DNA of 64,000 bases, from the IMG/VR virus record IMGVR_UViG_3300032116_000002. The stretch is one strand, 5' to 3'. Every line of letters starts with the position of its first letter. The stretch's first letter is position 1. The notes beneath the pieces were generated by a model. That model was given only the letters and a program-made list of their open reading frames with translations. It had not been told where the DNA came from and made no database searches. Both the position numbers and the translations under genes were made by a program. Shown in pieces: positions 36,122 to 45,282 of this stretch. This DNA comes from a virus. Taxonomy: Duplodnaviria; Caudoviricetes.

Positions 36122-37134
36122 TGAAACGCATACTTGCGTTACTGTTGATGACATTGGCAGGTGCAGTTTATTCTGCCAATGTCTATGGTCCCATCGAAGT
36201 TACTGGGGTTGGTAAAACTGAGGAAGAAGCTAAAAACAATGGTTTCAAAAAGGCAGTGGAATACGCACTAGGTGCGGCTATTGTAAGTGAGGTTGAAGTA
36301 CAGAATCGTAGTGAAGTAGCCAAAAATTCTGTACTTAAACATAGTGCAGGTTATGTTGACAAATTCAAAATTGTCGAAGTAATGGAAGAACGTAACGGAA
36401 AAGTTTCTGTTACTATGAATGTTTGGGTTAAGCCTAGTATCCTTAACGATTATGTTATGCACAAAAGCAAAGATAATAAAAGGATAGAAGGTGAGACTGC
36501 AGGTGCAAGAATATCGACCTATATCAATGAACGTGAACAAGGTGATACTTTTGTGAATAGTGTTTTGCGTGATTTCCCACACAAAGCATTTAACGTAAAG
36601 CAAGGCAACTTTGAGGTACGATCAAATGACAGTAGGCAGATGGCTATCTTTATTCCTTATACTATATCTTTTAATAGCAAATTTTTATCTGCGCTATCTG
36701 GGGCTTTGAAACAAGTACAGGATAAGGAATGTAATTTTCTTTGCGATGACACACCAAGCTTTAGTATTAGCTATGCAAAGCAGAATGAAATTATAGGTTC
36801 AAGATCCACTTATTATTTCAATGATGCAGTAAGACCGCATGGTGTATGGGCTAAGCTAACGGGTATCAGTGGCTTGCATGAACCACTAAATTCTGTTAAG
36901 GTTAAAACTGATTTTGCAGATTTTAATGGTAACCCAATTTTAACTTACTGCACTGATTTCCAAAGCTTACCAGTTTACAAGCGTGGTAAAAGCTATGGTA
37001 TCGACGGTGGGTCTTGGAAAGAAAACGTAACATTGCAAATTCCTGTTACAGAATCTATTAAAAGTACATTGTCAAATGTTGACCAAATTAAAGTTTCAGT
37101 GGTAAGCCCTCATGAGTGTAAAAACAATTATTGA
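36121..37134 (+). CDS. exported protein with LPP20/FlgT-N-like domain
   Basis: signal peptide; VTGVGKTEEEAKNNGFKKAVE...G..I.SE pattern. Confidence 0.6.
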   Translation: MKRILALLLMTLAGAVYSANVYGPIEVTGVGKTEEEAKNNGFKKAVEYALGAAIVSEVEVQNRSEVAKNSVLKHSAGYVDKFKIVEVMEERNGKVSVTMNVWVKPSILNDYVMHKSKDNKRIEGETAGARISTYINEREQGDTFVNSVLRDFPHKAFNVKQGNFEVRSNDSRQMAIFIPYTISFNSKFLSALSGALKQVQDKECNFLCDDTPSFSISYAKQNEIIGSRSTYYFNDAVRPHGVWAKLTGISGLHEPLNSVKVKTDFADFNGNPILTYCTDFQSLPVYKRGKSYGIDGGSWKENVTLQIPVTESIKSTLSNVDQIKVSVVSPHECKNNY

Positions 37135-37159
37135 GGTTATTAAACAAGATATATACTAA

Positions 37160-38359
37160 ATGACTGAGGAAATTAAACTTAACCATTGCAGTTTTTGCGG
37201 AACTAGTAAAGAGCAAGTAGAAAAATTAATTGTAGGGGACAATGTAGCGATATGCAGCGATTGCGTTGAACTATGTGTTGACCTTATAATTGACGATGTT
37301 AAGATCGAAAAAGAAGAGCCTGTTACTGACCATGATCCACAAAAAATCAAGGCATATCTTGATGAACATGTGATTGGTCAGGAACAGGCCAAAATCGTTT
37401 TAAGTGTAGCGATCGGTAATCACTATAAACGAATCAATAACCCTCCCAAAGATTTGGAAATCACAAAAGGTAATGTATTAATAGTGGGTCCAACTGGATC
37501 TGGTAAAACATTATTAGCCAAGACAGTTGCCAAATATCTTAATGTTCCATTTGTTGTTGCAGATGCCACTAGCCTAACCGAAGCAGGCTACGTAGGTGAT
37601 GATGTTGAAAGCATGATTACTATGTTAGTAAACGCAGCGAACGGTGACGTTAAATTAGCGGAGCGTGGTATTATCTTCATTGATGAAATAGATAAAATTG
37701 CCCGTAAGAGTGAAAGCACAAGCATTACCCGAGATGTATCAGGCGAAGGTGTACAGCAAGCACTACTTAAGCTAGTAGAGGGCACAAAATGTCGAGTGTC
37801 CGCATCGGGTAGTAGGAAGCATCCTAACGCGGATATCAACGAAGTTGATACTAAAAATATCTTATTCATTGCGGGCGGTGCCTTCGTTGGGTTAAAAGAT
37901 ATTATCTCCAACCGTGAGCATGGTACTAGTATAGGATTCGGTGCTAGTATTAAAGATGCAAAAGTTGAAGGGGAGCTTAAAAACCTAACCCCTGATGATC
38001 TAACCAAATTTGGAATGATTCCTGAATTTGTGGGTAGATTTACAACGAGCGTAAGTATTGCTGAATTAGATAAAGAACAATTAATAGAGATATTAACTAA
38101 GGTTAAAAATAACTACATTGACCAATATAAGTATTTGTTTAAGCTGGATGGGGTAGAACTTAATTTTACGGACGATGCACTAGAAGAAATGGTAGAGAAC
38201 ACCCTTAAACTTAAGACAGGGGCTAGGGGTCTGCATACTGAGATAGAACGTGTTCTCATGCCCCATATGTATAACATAAAGCTTTATACGGATAGTAAAA
38301 TTAAAACAATAAGTATAAATAAAGAACAAGTTATAGAACCAAAAGTCAATGTCAAATAA
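37160..38359 (+). CDS. clpX: Clp protease ATP-binding subunit ClpX
   Basis: CSFCG...CSDC zinc finger, GPTGSGKT, TEAGYVGDDVE, IDEIDK, RDVSGEGVQQALLK, GARGL. Confidence 0.96.
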   Translation: MTEEIKLNHCSFCGTSKEQVEKLIVGDNVAICSDCVELCVDLIIDDVKIEKEEPVTDHDPQKIKAYLDEHVIGQEQAKIVLSVAIGNHYKRINNPPKDLEITKGNVLIVGPTGSGKTLLAKTVAKYLNVPFVVADATSLTEAGYVGDDVESMITMLVNAANGDVKLAERGIIFIDEIDKIARKSESTSITRDVSGEGVQQALLKLVEGTKCRVSASGSRKHPNADINEVDTKNILFIAGGAFVGLKDIISNREHGTSIGFGASIKDAKVEGELKNLTPDDLTKFGMIPEFVGRFTTSVSIAELDKEQLIEILTKVKNNYIDQYKYLFKLDGVELNFTDDALEEMVENTLKLKTGARGLHTEIERVLMPHMYNIKLYTDSKIKTISINKEQVIEPKVNVK

Positions 38360-38561
38360 AGTTATAGTGTTTGATGGGAACGTAGAGAAAGCCCTTAGAA
38401 AGTTCAAAAAGAAGGTTGCCGAATCGGGTAAACTTCAGGAAGTAAGGGAAAGACAAGAATACGTTAAGCCCACAATTAAACGTAAACTCGCAAAGAGCCT
38501 AGCTAAACGCAGGTGGAAGAAATACCTGCGTGATCAGAAACTCCCACCGAAGTTGTACTAA
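38349..38561 (+). CDS. rpsU: 30S ribosomal protein bS21
   Basis: VEKALRKFKKKV...EVRERQEYVKPTIKRK. Confidence 0.9.
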   Translation: MSNKVIVFDGNVEKALRKFKKKVAESGKLQEVRERQEYVKPTIKRKLAKSLAKRRWKKYLRDQKLPPKLY

Positions 38562-38604
38562 CCAAAATAATTTACTTTTTTACGAATTAAGTTATAATAA
38601 ATAC

Positions 38605-38669
38605 AGTTGTAGATGCCGAATTCGGGTCTACAACTATGTCATTCGCTTATTATAAGGAGACTAAACATG
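38605..38669 (+). promoter_or_regulatory. candidate ROSE-type RNA thermometer
   Basis: 5' hairpin AGTTGTAGA/TCTACAACT; 3' hairpin TCGCTT pairs with AAGGA leaving a bulged G. Confidence 0.6.
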
Positions 38670-39110
38670 ACTAATCAAATATCTATTCGTACCTTGGATA
38701 TTCCAAGTATTCACAGATTTGGAATCGGATTCGATTCTATGCTTTATGATCTAGCCCGTCTAGCATCAGCAAATGCTTCAAACTATCCCCCATACAATTT
38801 AGTTAAAACCGATGAAAATAGTTTTGCTATTGAATTGGCTGTTGCTGGATTTAAAGAAGGGGAAATTGATGTATCAGTAGAAAAAAATGTATTGACCATT
38901 AAAGGTTCTAAGAAAGACAGTATACCTGATAACTTTGAGTATCTACATAGAGGTATCAGTCAACGTAATTTTGAACGTACTTTCCCACTAGCAGAGCATA
39001 TTGAAGTTACGGGTGCTTTGGTTCGTGACGGTATGTTAATCATTGATTTGTTCCGTTTGGTTCCCGAATCAGACAAGCCCAAATCTATTGCTATTTCATA
39101 CCTTAAGTAA
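38667..39110 (+). CDS. small heat-shock protein Hsp20 (IbpA-like)
   Basis: NYPPYNL, IELAVAGF, YLHRGISQRNFERTF, DGMLII; start 38667 after AAGGAG. Confidence 0.95.
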   Translation: MTNQISIRTLDIPSIHRFGIGFDSMLYDLARLASANASNYPPYNLVKTDENSFAIELAVAGFKEGEIDVSVEKNVLTIKGSKKDSIPDNFEYLHRGISQRNFERTFPLAEHIEVTGALVRDGMLIIDLFRLVPESDKPKSIAISYLK

Positions 39111-39121
39111 TATAATAAATA

Positions 39122-39149
39122 AAAGTGAGGGGGCTTTTCTCCTCACTTT
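39122..39149. terminator. hairpin between hsp20 and clpS
   Basis: AAAGTGAGG...CCTCACTTT stem; short U tract. Confidence 0.5.
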
Positions 39150-39163
39150 AAGTTGAGGAAACT

Positions 39164-39469
39164 ATGTCAAATCCAGAAACAAATATTACAATTAAACCTA
39201 ATTTAAAGATTGTAGAACCACCATTGTACAAGATCATCTATCTAAATGATGATTTCACTTCAATGGAATTCGTAGTGGACAGCCTAATAGAGCATTTTAA
39301 CTATAATGCTGATACTGCTACTAATATCACTAAAAACATCCATGAAGACGGCTCCGCAGTCGTTGCTGTACTACCCTACGAAATAGCAGAACAAAAGGGT
39401 ATAGAAGTTACAGTAGAAGCAAGATCACAAGGTTTCCCATTACAAGTTAAGATTGAACAGGAGGCTTAA
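39164..39469 (+). CDS. clpS: Clp protease adaptor ClpS
   Basis: PPLYKIIYLNDDFTSMEFVV, IHEDGSAVV, YEIAEQK, FPL. Confidence 0.93.
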   Translation: MSNPETNITIKPNLKIVEPPLYKIIYLNDDFTSMEFVVDSLIEHFNYNADTATNITKNIHEDGSAVVAVLPYEIAEQKGIEVTVEARSQGFPLQVKIEQEA

Positions 39470-40158
39470 ACCTTTACAATCTTAGCCCAGTATATAGGCT
39501 CATTGTCACAAGGATTAGAAATATAATTGACACCATTTAATTCGGTGTCAATTTTTTTGTCTGTACCACCAAACACCCAATGTTTTACTTTACTTTCTGT
39601 GTCAAAATCTAAGCATATATCTGGACTCATACTATCAGTTATATGACTGTCATCTTTAAAGAAAAGTTCTTTGTTTGGTGGGCTTGCACTTAATATGACT
39701 ATGTTTTTCACATCCAAATGCAATTGCATTTTTTTGATTGTAGTGGTAAGATATACTAAATCCTCATTTCTATGAGAACTTAATCTTAATCTATCAAATA
39801 CAGGTACCTCATTTTCGGGTTTAGCGAACCATGTATTAGCACCTATTACAGCTACACCATTTACTACAATCACATTATTGTGTAAGTAAATGACGTTGTT
39901 TATACTTCCACATATCTTTTGTAGTTTGGCTATTCTATCATCTTTGAAAGATACCGTTTCATGTTCAAGCATACCTTCAATATAGAATACACCATGATAC
40001 AATGTAGATAAATGTGCGAGTGCTTTTTGCACTACTTTAAGGTCTGAAGATAAATTACCTGCTATTAAACAGAATAAACTGGTGACCTTACCCTCCCAGT
40101 TGAATTTATCATCCGCTGATAGATTAAGGTCACTAATTAAATCGAAACTTAAACTCAT
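39466..40158 (-). CDS. degenerate metallophosphoesterase-fold protein
   Basis: ISDLNL, IAGNL, EGMLEH, HWVFG, ISNP align to the motifs of 45519..46358 with ligands replaced. Confidence 0.6.
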   Translation of the reverse strand: MSLSFDLISDLNLSADDKFNWEGKVTSLFCLIAGNLSSDLKVVQKALAHLSTLYHGVFYIEGMLEHETVSFKDDRIAKLQKICGSINNVIYLHNNVIVVNGVAVIGANTWFAKPENEVPVFDRLRLSSHRNEDLVYLTTTIKKMQLHLDVKNIVILSASPPNKELFFKDDSHITDSMSPDICLDFDTESKVKHWVFGGTDKKIDTELNGVNYISNPCDNEPIYWAKIVKV

Positions 40159-40164
40159 TATGAA

Positions 40165-40186
40165 TAAGAGGGACTAAGCCCTCTTA
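40165..40186. terminator. hairpin between two minus-strand genes
   Basis: TAAGAGGG-ACTAAG-CCCTCTTA. Confidence 0.45.
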
Positions 40187-40187
40187 A

Positions 40188-40616
40188 TTATTTTTTCTTC
40201 TTTTTAGGTGCCGCTTTTTTAACTGCTTCTTTAACGTCTTTTAAGTCAACCTTACCATCTTTGTTAACATCAGCCTTTTCTTTTACTTTAGCTGTTGCTT
40301 TTTTGGCTTTCTCTTTGGTTTTCTTAACTGCTTCTTTAGCATCAGCTAAGTCAACTTTACCATCTTTGTTAACATCTAATGCTTCAGTTAATATTGGCAT
40401 TACAGATAGTTCTTCCTTAACTGGAGGCTCTATCTTATAAGGTGCTTTATCAGCATCACCCTCTTTTGGGCGACTTGTTGGGAATGGCCATGCTTCTGGT
40501 TTTCCACCTGTAACTGAATCTAGTGGGTGACTCCCGTCAGCTTTCTCTTTGTTTAAATGCTTGTATGCAACGTAAGCTACTATGCCTGCTGCTACTACTG
40601 CGATAATAATTTCCAT
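40188..40616 (-). CDS. membrane-anchored Lys/Ala-rich protein with two EF-hand/dockerin-like loops
   Basis: N-terminal TM; DVNKDGKVDL twice; AWPFP motif; AAGGAG RBS on the minus strand. Confidence 0.65.
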   Translation of the reverse strand: MEIIIAVVAAGIVAYVAYKHLNKEKADGSHPLDSVTGGKPEAWPFPTSRPKEGDADKAPYKIEPPVKEELSVMPILTEALDVNKDGKVDLADAKEAVKKTKEKAKKATAKVKEKADVNKDGKVDLKDVKEAVKKAAPKKKKK

Positions 40617-40687
40617 ACTGTTTCTCCTTCAATGTGTATATATTTATTAATTTGTCCAACGCTGTAATTTTTCGCTAAATACTGATT

Positions 40688-42232
40688 ATGCGTGACTTAT
40701 TAGACAAACTACAATTTATAGCAGAAAGCACTGGACTATCGAATAGAAAGCCAGGCGACATTTTTAAAAATTCTGCTGGCCAAACCATAACTTTTTCAAA
40801 TATAGCATTCTTTCCTGAAGAGGGAGGAAAGTTAGATACCACACAACTACGTGATGTACTAGCGTCAGTTACGAATCAACTTGGAAATATAGAATGGCAA
40901 AATGCCGCAGCAAGAGCAGGAGGGTTTGCTATCGCAAGTTTTGATTCCGAAGCAGGACCTGTTCATTTTGGTTTCTTTTTACAAGAAGTAAAACCAAATC
41001 CAAAAGACAATAAGATTAAAAATGTAATCGGTGATTATAAGTATGCAGGAGCCGCAGCAGCAAAGACACAAGCTAAAATGACTCCACAAGATTTGTTGAC
41101 TAACAAATTAAACCTAACTGCACGTGACATTATGTTACAACTCAGTGAAACTTTAGGAACAGACAGCCCATTATATTACATTGCACACCAAGTTGCCACT
41201 GGAGCACCTTTCCCTATTGAAGTAGAAGCATCCGAACAATTAAGTTTTACAGGTTTCAGAGATTATTTTTGTGAAATACTGCAACCAATAGCATTACAAA
41301 ACGGAAATTACGAAGGTAATGCAAGTGATGCAGCACAGAAATTTTTTGGTGAACCAAGCTTTGCAAACACTTCTATAAACTTTGATGATAGTAAGAATGC
41401 AGGATTAAGTGATAGTGTACTTGAATTACCAGATGGTAGATATGTTAAAATAAGTAGCAAAGGCGAAAAGGGTGCTGAGGCTAGTGTTAAGAATTTAGAA
41501 GATGAAGTTAGTAATGTACAGGATCCTAAATTACTTAGAAAGTATAATGATGTAATTGAACTCATTAGAGAAATGAGACAAGCCGGACAAGCGGGAGCTC
41601 CATTAATCTTAGGTATTCGTTATGGTATAATAGATGAAACGGATGCAGAATTAATAAAATCTTTAAAAGGGTTCAAACCAATTCCTTTAAAATCAATAAA
41701 AGATGTAACCATGCATGGGGCAAGAGTTTCAAAAAATCTAATCAAATTAGCATCAGAAAGAAAAACAAAAAGACCAGAAGCAGTTGCACTTTATTATCAT
41801 TTAATTGCAGCAGTTGCACACAAGGTAGCAGAAAAAGTAAATGAAGAAACTAATTTTAGCCAAGCAGCTAGTGAAATATTAAACAATGGTGCATTAGTAC
41901 AAGTATATACCAATGCAACACAATCAGGTAACAAATGGATACTTGGGGCGTTTAACACTGTATACCCAAGTAAAGCAGTTACAGGTGTTGTATTAAGTGC
42001 AGGTAAAAATTATAGCAGTACTGAAATTAAAGGTAACTTTACATTCAAGATTTTACGAAATGGTGCTAAGGCTAGTATGCTTGATGATACAGAAATCGAA
42101 ACCGGTAAAGAAGAAACGCCTCCCGAATTGGCTACGGTAGCACCAGATATAACTGAACCAAAAGTTATTAAGCAATCAAACATTCAACCAAAAGCCGATA
42201 TCGGCAGATCAAAACGACCAAAGTTAAGATAA
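40688..42232 (+). CDS. hypothetical protein, possible head-packaged protein
   Basis: 514 aa; N-terminus MRDLLDKLQFIAES; TAAATA at 40676. Confidence 0.6.
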   Translation: MRDLLDKLQFIAESTGLSNRKPGDIFKNSAGQTITFSNIAFFPEEGGKLDTTQLRDVLASVTNQLGNIEWQNAAARAGGFAIASFDSEAGPVHFGFFLQEVKPNPKDNKIKNVIGDYKYAGAAAAKTQAKMTPQDLLTNKLNLTARDIMLQLSETLGTDSPLYYIAHQVATGAPFPIEVEASEQLSFTGFRDYFCEILQPIALQNGNYEGNASDAAQKFFGEPSFANTSINFDDSKNAGLSDSVLELPDGRYVKISSKGEKGAEASVKNLEDEVSNVQDPKLLRKYNDVIELIREMRQAGQAGAPLILGIRYGIIDETDAELIKSLKGFKPIPLKSIKDVTMHGARVSKNLIKLASERKTKRPEAVALYYHLIAAVAHKVAEKVNEETNFSQAASEILNNGALVQVYTNATQSGNKWILGAFNTVYPSKAVTGVVLSAGKNYSSTEIKGNFTFKILRNGAKASMLDDTEIETGKEETPPELATVAPDITEPKVIKQSNIQPKADIGRSKRPKLR

Positions 42233-42300
42233 ACGGTCACCAAAACTCTTGCATTTCAATACGTGTGTAGTATAATGATCTTTATTTTATAGGGATCATT

Positions 42301-42888
42301 ATGGCACTCGTACCAATCGTTATTGAACACACCAGCAAAGGTGAACGCAGTTATGACATTTATTCACGTTTGCTACGTGACCGTGTTATCTTATTGGAAG
42401 GTGAAGTTCATGACCACATGGCTAATCTTGTTGTAGCACAACTATTGTTTTTAGAAAGCGAAGACGAAACCAAAGATATTTCATTGTATATCAACAGCCC
42501 AGGTGGAAGCGTAACTGCTGGTATGGCTATCTATGATGCAATGCAATTTGTTAAGCCTGATGTATCTACAATCGTAATGGGTCAAGCATGTAGCATGGGA
42601 AGTTTGCTAGCACAAGCAGGTGCGCAAGGTAAGCGTATGATTTTACCAAACGCAAGACATATGATTCATCAGCCTTCAGGTGGCGCCAGAGGTCAGGCAA
42701 CTGATATGCTAATTCAAGTAAATGAAATACTTGAAATGAAACGAAATCTTACTAATATCTATGTCAAGCATAACAGTGTGGGTAAAGCATACGAACAGCT
42801 TGCAGAAGATATGGAACGAGACAACTATATGAGTGCGATTCAATCCGTAGCATATGGTTTAGCTGACAAAGTTATAGATAAACGATGA
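42301..42888 (+). CDS. clpP: ClpP protease subunit 1
   Basis: [22 protein letters not shown] (Ser), MIHQP (His), MERDNY (Asp). Confidence 0.97.
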   Translation: MALVPIVIEHTSKGERSYDIYSRLLRDRVILLEGEVHDHMANLVVAQLLFLESEDETKDISLYINSPGGSVTAGMAIYDAMQFVKPDVSTIVMGQACSMGSLLAQAGAQGKRMILPNARHMIHQPSGGARGQATDMLIQVNEILEMKRNLTNIYVKHNSVGKAYEQLAEDMERDNYMSAIQSVAYGLADKVIDKR

Positions 42889-43484
42889 TAAACGATAAGT
42901 TATCCATTACTAGGAAACTAGAAGATTTTAATGCTGATGAAAGAATTCAGGTAAAACTTCTACAAAACCACATACACTTTCTAACCGGAGAAATCAACAA
43001 TGAAACGATTGGTGAGTGTATCAAATGGATAACTTACGAAAACTTAGATACCAAACAAGGTAGAATCTTAACATTGTACATTAATAGTACAGGCGGTGAT
43101 TTATACGAAGCCTTTGCTTTAATAGATATAATGAAAACCAGCACTCACCCAATTCGTGTGATTGGCATGGGTGCTGTAATGAGTGCTGCATTTTTAATCT
43201 TTGCTAGTGGTACTAAAGGTGAAAGATATGCAGCACCTAACACAAGTTTCATGTGTCATCAATTCACAGAAAACATGGAATCAAAGTATCATGACCTTAA
43301 GGCAACAATGAAAGAAAGTGATTTGTGTAATGCAAAAATGGTTAAGATACTACAAGATGCCACTGATCTAAGTGCAACAAAAATCAAAAACAAATTACTT
43401 ACTGCAAGTGATGTTTATCTAACTGCCAAAGAAGTAGTAGACCTAGGTGTTGCAGATTTGATAATAGGTTCGGTTGACAAATAA
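42885..43484 (+). CDS. clpP: ClpP protease subunit 2 (divergent)
   Basis: [15 protein letters not shown] (Ser), FMCHQ (His), SDVYL...LGVAD. Confidence 0.85.
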   Translation: MINDKLSITRKLEDFNADERIQVKLLQNHIHFLTGEINNETIGECIKWITYENLDTKQGRILTLYINSTGGDLYEAFALIDIMKTSTHPIRVIGMGAVMSAAFLIFASGTKGERYAAPNTSFMCHQFTENMESKYHDLKATMKESDLCNAKMVKILQDATDLSATKIKNKLLTASDVYLTAKEVVDLGVADLIIGSVDK

Positions 43485-43502
43485 TCCAAAATTTGATAGA
43501 AT
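43474..43502 (+). promoter_or_regulatory. sigma70-type promoter
   Basis: TTGACA-17 bp-TAGAAT, spacer AATAATCCA. Confidence 0.6.
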
Positions 43503-43739
43503 ATGGGCATGACTGAAAAAACTATATTCTATCTTAAGTGGCTTGCAACTTTTGTAACAATTGTTGGGGCTGTCTGCACAAGCATCAATCTATATCCACT
43601 GGGACCTGCTCTGCTTAATGTAGGTGCATTTCTCTGGTTGATTGTCGCAATTGCATGGCGTGAGTGGTCATTAATTGTCATTAATGCAACACTTCTTGCA
43701 ATTTATACAATAGGTTTACTTATCAAATTGTTAACATAA
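43503..43739 (+). CDS. small 3-TM membrane protein
   Basis: hydrophobic; layout like 988..1272. Confidence 0.6.
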   Translation: MGMTEKTIFYLKWLATFVTIVGAVCTSINLYPLGPALLNVGAFLWLIVAIAWREWSLIVINATLLAIYTIGLLIKLLT

Positions 43740-43742
43740 AAA

Positions 43743-43807
43743 TGGTTGACAATGAATCCATTTGGGCATATAATATCGGTATAGTCAATAACAAGGAGCA
43801 ACAAATG
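43743..43807 (+). repeat. promoter-RBS cassette copy 3
   Basis: TTGACA(43746)-17-TATAAT; 60 of 65 bp identical to 29837..29901. Confidence 0.9.
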
Positions 43808-44029
43808 AACGAAGCACTTATCTACGAAAAACCCTACTACGGTATGTTTACTGATGCAGGTAATCTTGTTGTTCATTCTATCGTAAAGGTTGCTAAACAG
43901 AACAATCTGTCGTTTCCTATAGTGAATAAGATGTTGGGCGAATTGTCAGAATTGGAAGGCTTTGAAGAGGCTACTGATACTGCGGTTCGTGAATATGTTT
44001 ACGAAGCAATTTTTGGTTACGGAGAATAA
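43805..44029 (+). CDS. small early protein
   Basis: YYGMFTDAGN...EEATDTAVRE pattern; ATG after AAGGAG. Confidence 0.6.
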   Translation: MNEALIYEKPYYGMFTDAGNLVVHSIVKVAKQNNLSFPIVNKMLGELSELEGFEEATDTAVREYVYEAIFGYGE

Positions 44030-44030
44030 T

Positions 44031-44267
44031 ATGATTAAGCGTTTTAAGCAAACTCAAAAGTTTCGCATCATCAATGGTCAGGCATGTTTCTATGCTACTG
44101 CTAAACAAATCCGTGAGGGTGTAGGTCAGTTTACTACATTTAATGCTGCTACTCAAAAGGCACTTGATGCACTTGAGTTTTATCGTTCAGGCGATGGTAT
44201 TGAAAGTACTTGTACAGGTCACGCTGGTACTTGGGAAGGTCTGCAAATTCAATTGGATGTAATGTAA
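44031..44267 (+). CDS. small early protein
   Basis: ATG after GGAG. Confidence 0.55.
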   Translation: MIKRFKQTQKFRIINGQACFYATAKQIREGVGQFTTFNAATQKALDALEFYRSGDGIESTCTGHAGTWEGLQIQLDVM

Positions 44268-44425
44268 TGGAAGCTTTTATTACAATATTAATAGTTTCAC
44301 TTTTTATAAGTTTTATATTTTGGCTAGGCTATATGTGGGGTAAGATGACTGGATACGAAGAAGGCTTCAAGGCATGTCAACTGATCCACAATGAGATACA
44401 AGAATTTATTCAGAGTAATATATGA
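44267..44425 (+). CDS. small single-TM protein
   Basis: hydrophobic N-terminus; GYEEGFKA. Confidence 0.5.
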   Translation: MEAFITILIVSLFISFIFWLGYMWGKMTGYEEGFKACQLIHNEIQEFIQSNI

Positions 44426-44811
44426 TACAAGTTCCAACTAAAGAAAGCAAAGTGAGGGTCTATGTTCGTTATGACATGGGCCCTCGCATGATTCCCCCTC
44501 AGCCTGATACACAGGTGTTTGAGGGTGTTGTCGTTCCTAATTTCAAATGGTTGAATGATCGTCAGTTTTGTATGACTGGCGATGAATTTATGAAAGTCCG
44601 TGTTATCACTATGGACATGGTTCGTGACATTGAACTGTTAACAGGTTCAATGAAAAATGTTGACACGGATGTAAAAGTATACGAAGTATCAGGCAGTAAA
44701 GGTAACAAATACATTGTTACAAAAAATAGTAAGGGCTGGGACTGCACTTGCCCTGGCTTTCAATTTCGTAAAGCATGTAAACATGTTTCAGAGTTAAGCG
44801 GTAATGAATAG
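44422..44811 (+). CDS. SWIM zinc-finger protein
   Basis: VSGSKGNKYIV...CTCPGFQFRKACKH (CxC-x8-CxH). Confidence 0.8.
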   Translation: MIQVPTKESKVRVYVRYDMGPRMIPPQPDTQVFEGVVVPNFKWLNDRQFCMTGDEFMKVRVITMDMVRDIELLTGSMKNVDTDVKVYEVSGSKGNKYIVTKNSKGWDCTCPGFQFRKACKHVSELSGNE

Positions 44812-45043
44812 TAAACAAAGACGTAAGGACAAAAGGCTTTGGAAGTATCGGGTCAAAATGACCTACACAGACTATACTGATTATGATCAAATGTGGAATT
44901 GGTTAGCTGATAGATATGGTAAGAAAGTAAATAGATGTGGTTGGCGTGATAGGATGGGATGGTATCCAGCAATGGAATATGATGTAGTATGGGAATTTGT
45001 TGACCAAAAGAAAATGGTAGAGTTTACATTAAGATGGCTGTAA
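44804..45043 (+). CDS. small protein of the expanded paralog family
   Basis: NWLADRYG; C-terminal FVDQKKMVEFTLRWL. Confidence 0.6.
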   Translation: MNSKQRRKDKRLWKYRVKMTYTDYTDYDQMWNWLADRYGKKVNRCGWRDRMGWYPAMEYDVVWEFVDQKKMVEFTLRWL

Positions 45044-45282
45044 AGGTAAAAATAAATAACATACAACCAGCATTCAACAATGCACATAGATTACTTTGGG
45101 AGAAGTACAACCCAGAAGGTAGGATCCTGAATCACAGAGAGGTTGAACCATTATGCGTAGAATGGTGGTTGAAGGAACATAACGTACAACTTCATGGCTA
45201 TGTTGGGTTGACGACGGGCTGGGAATACGCGGAGTTCCAAACTGCTGAGGAGATAACACATTTTGTGTTAAAATATAATTAA
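45034..45282 (+). CDS. small protein of the expanded paralog family
   Basis: C-terminal FQTAEEITHFVLKYN. Confidence 0.55.
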   Translation: MAVKVKINNIQPAFNNAHRLLWEKYNPEGRILNHREVEPLCVEWWLKEHNVQLHGYVGLTTGWEYAEFQTAEEITHFVLKYN

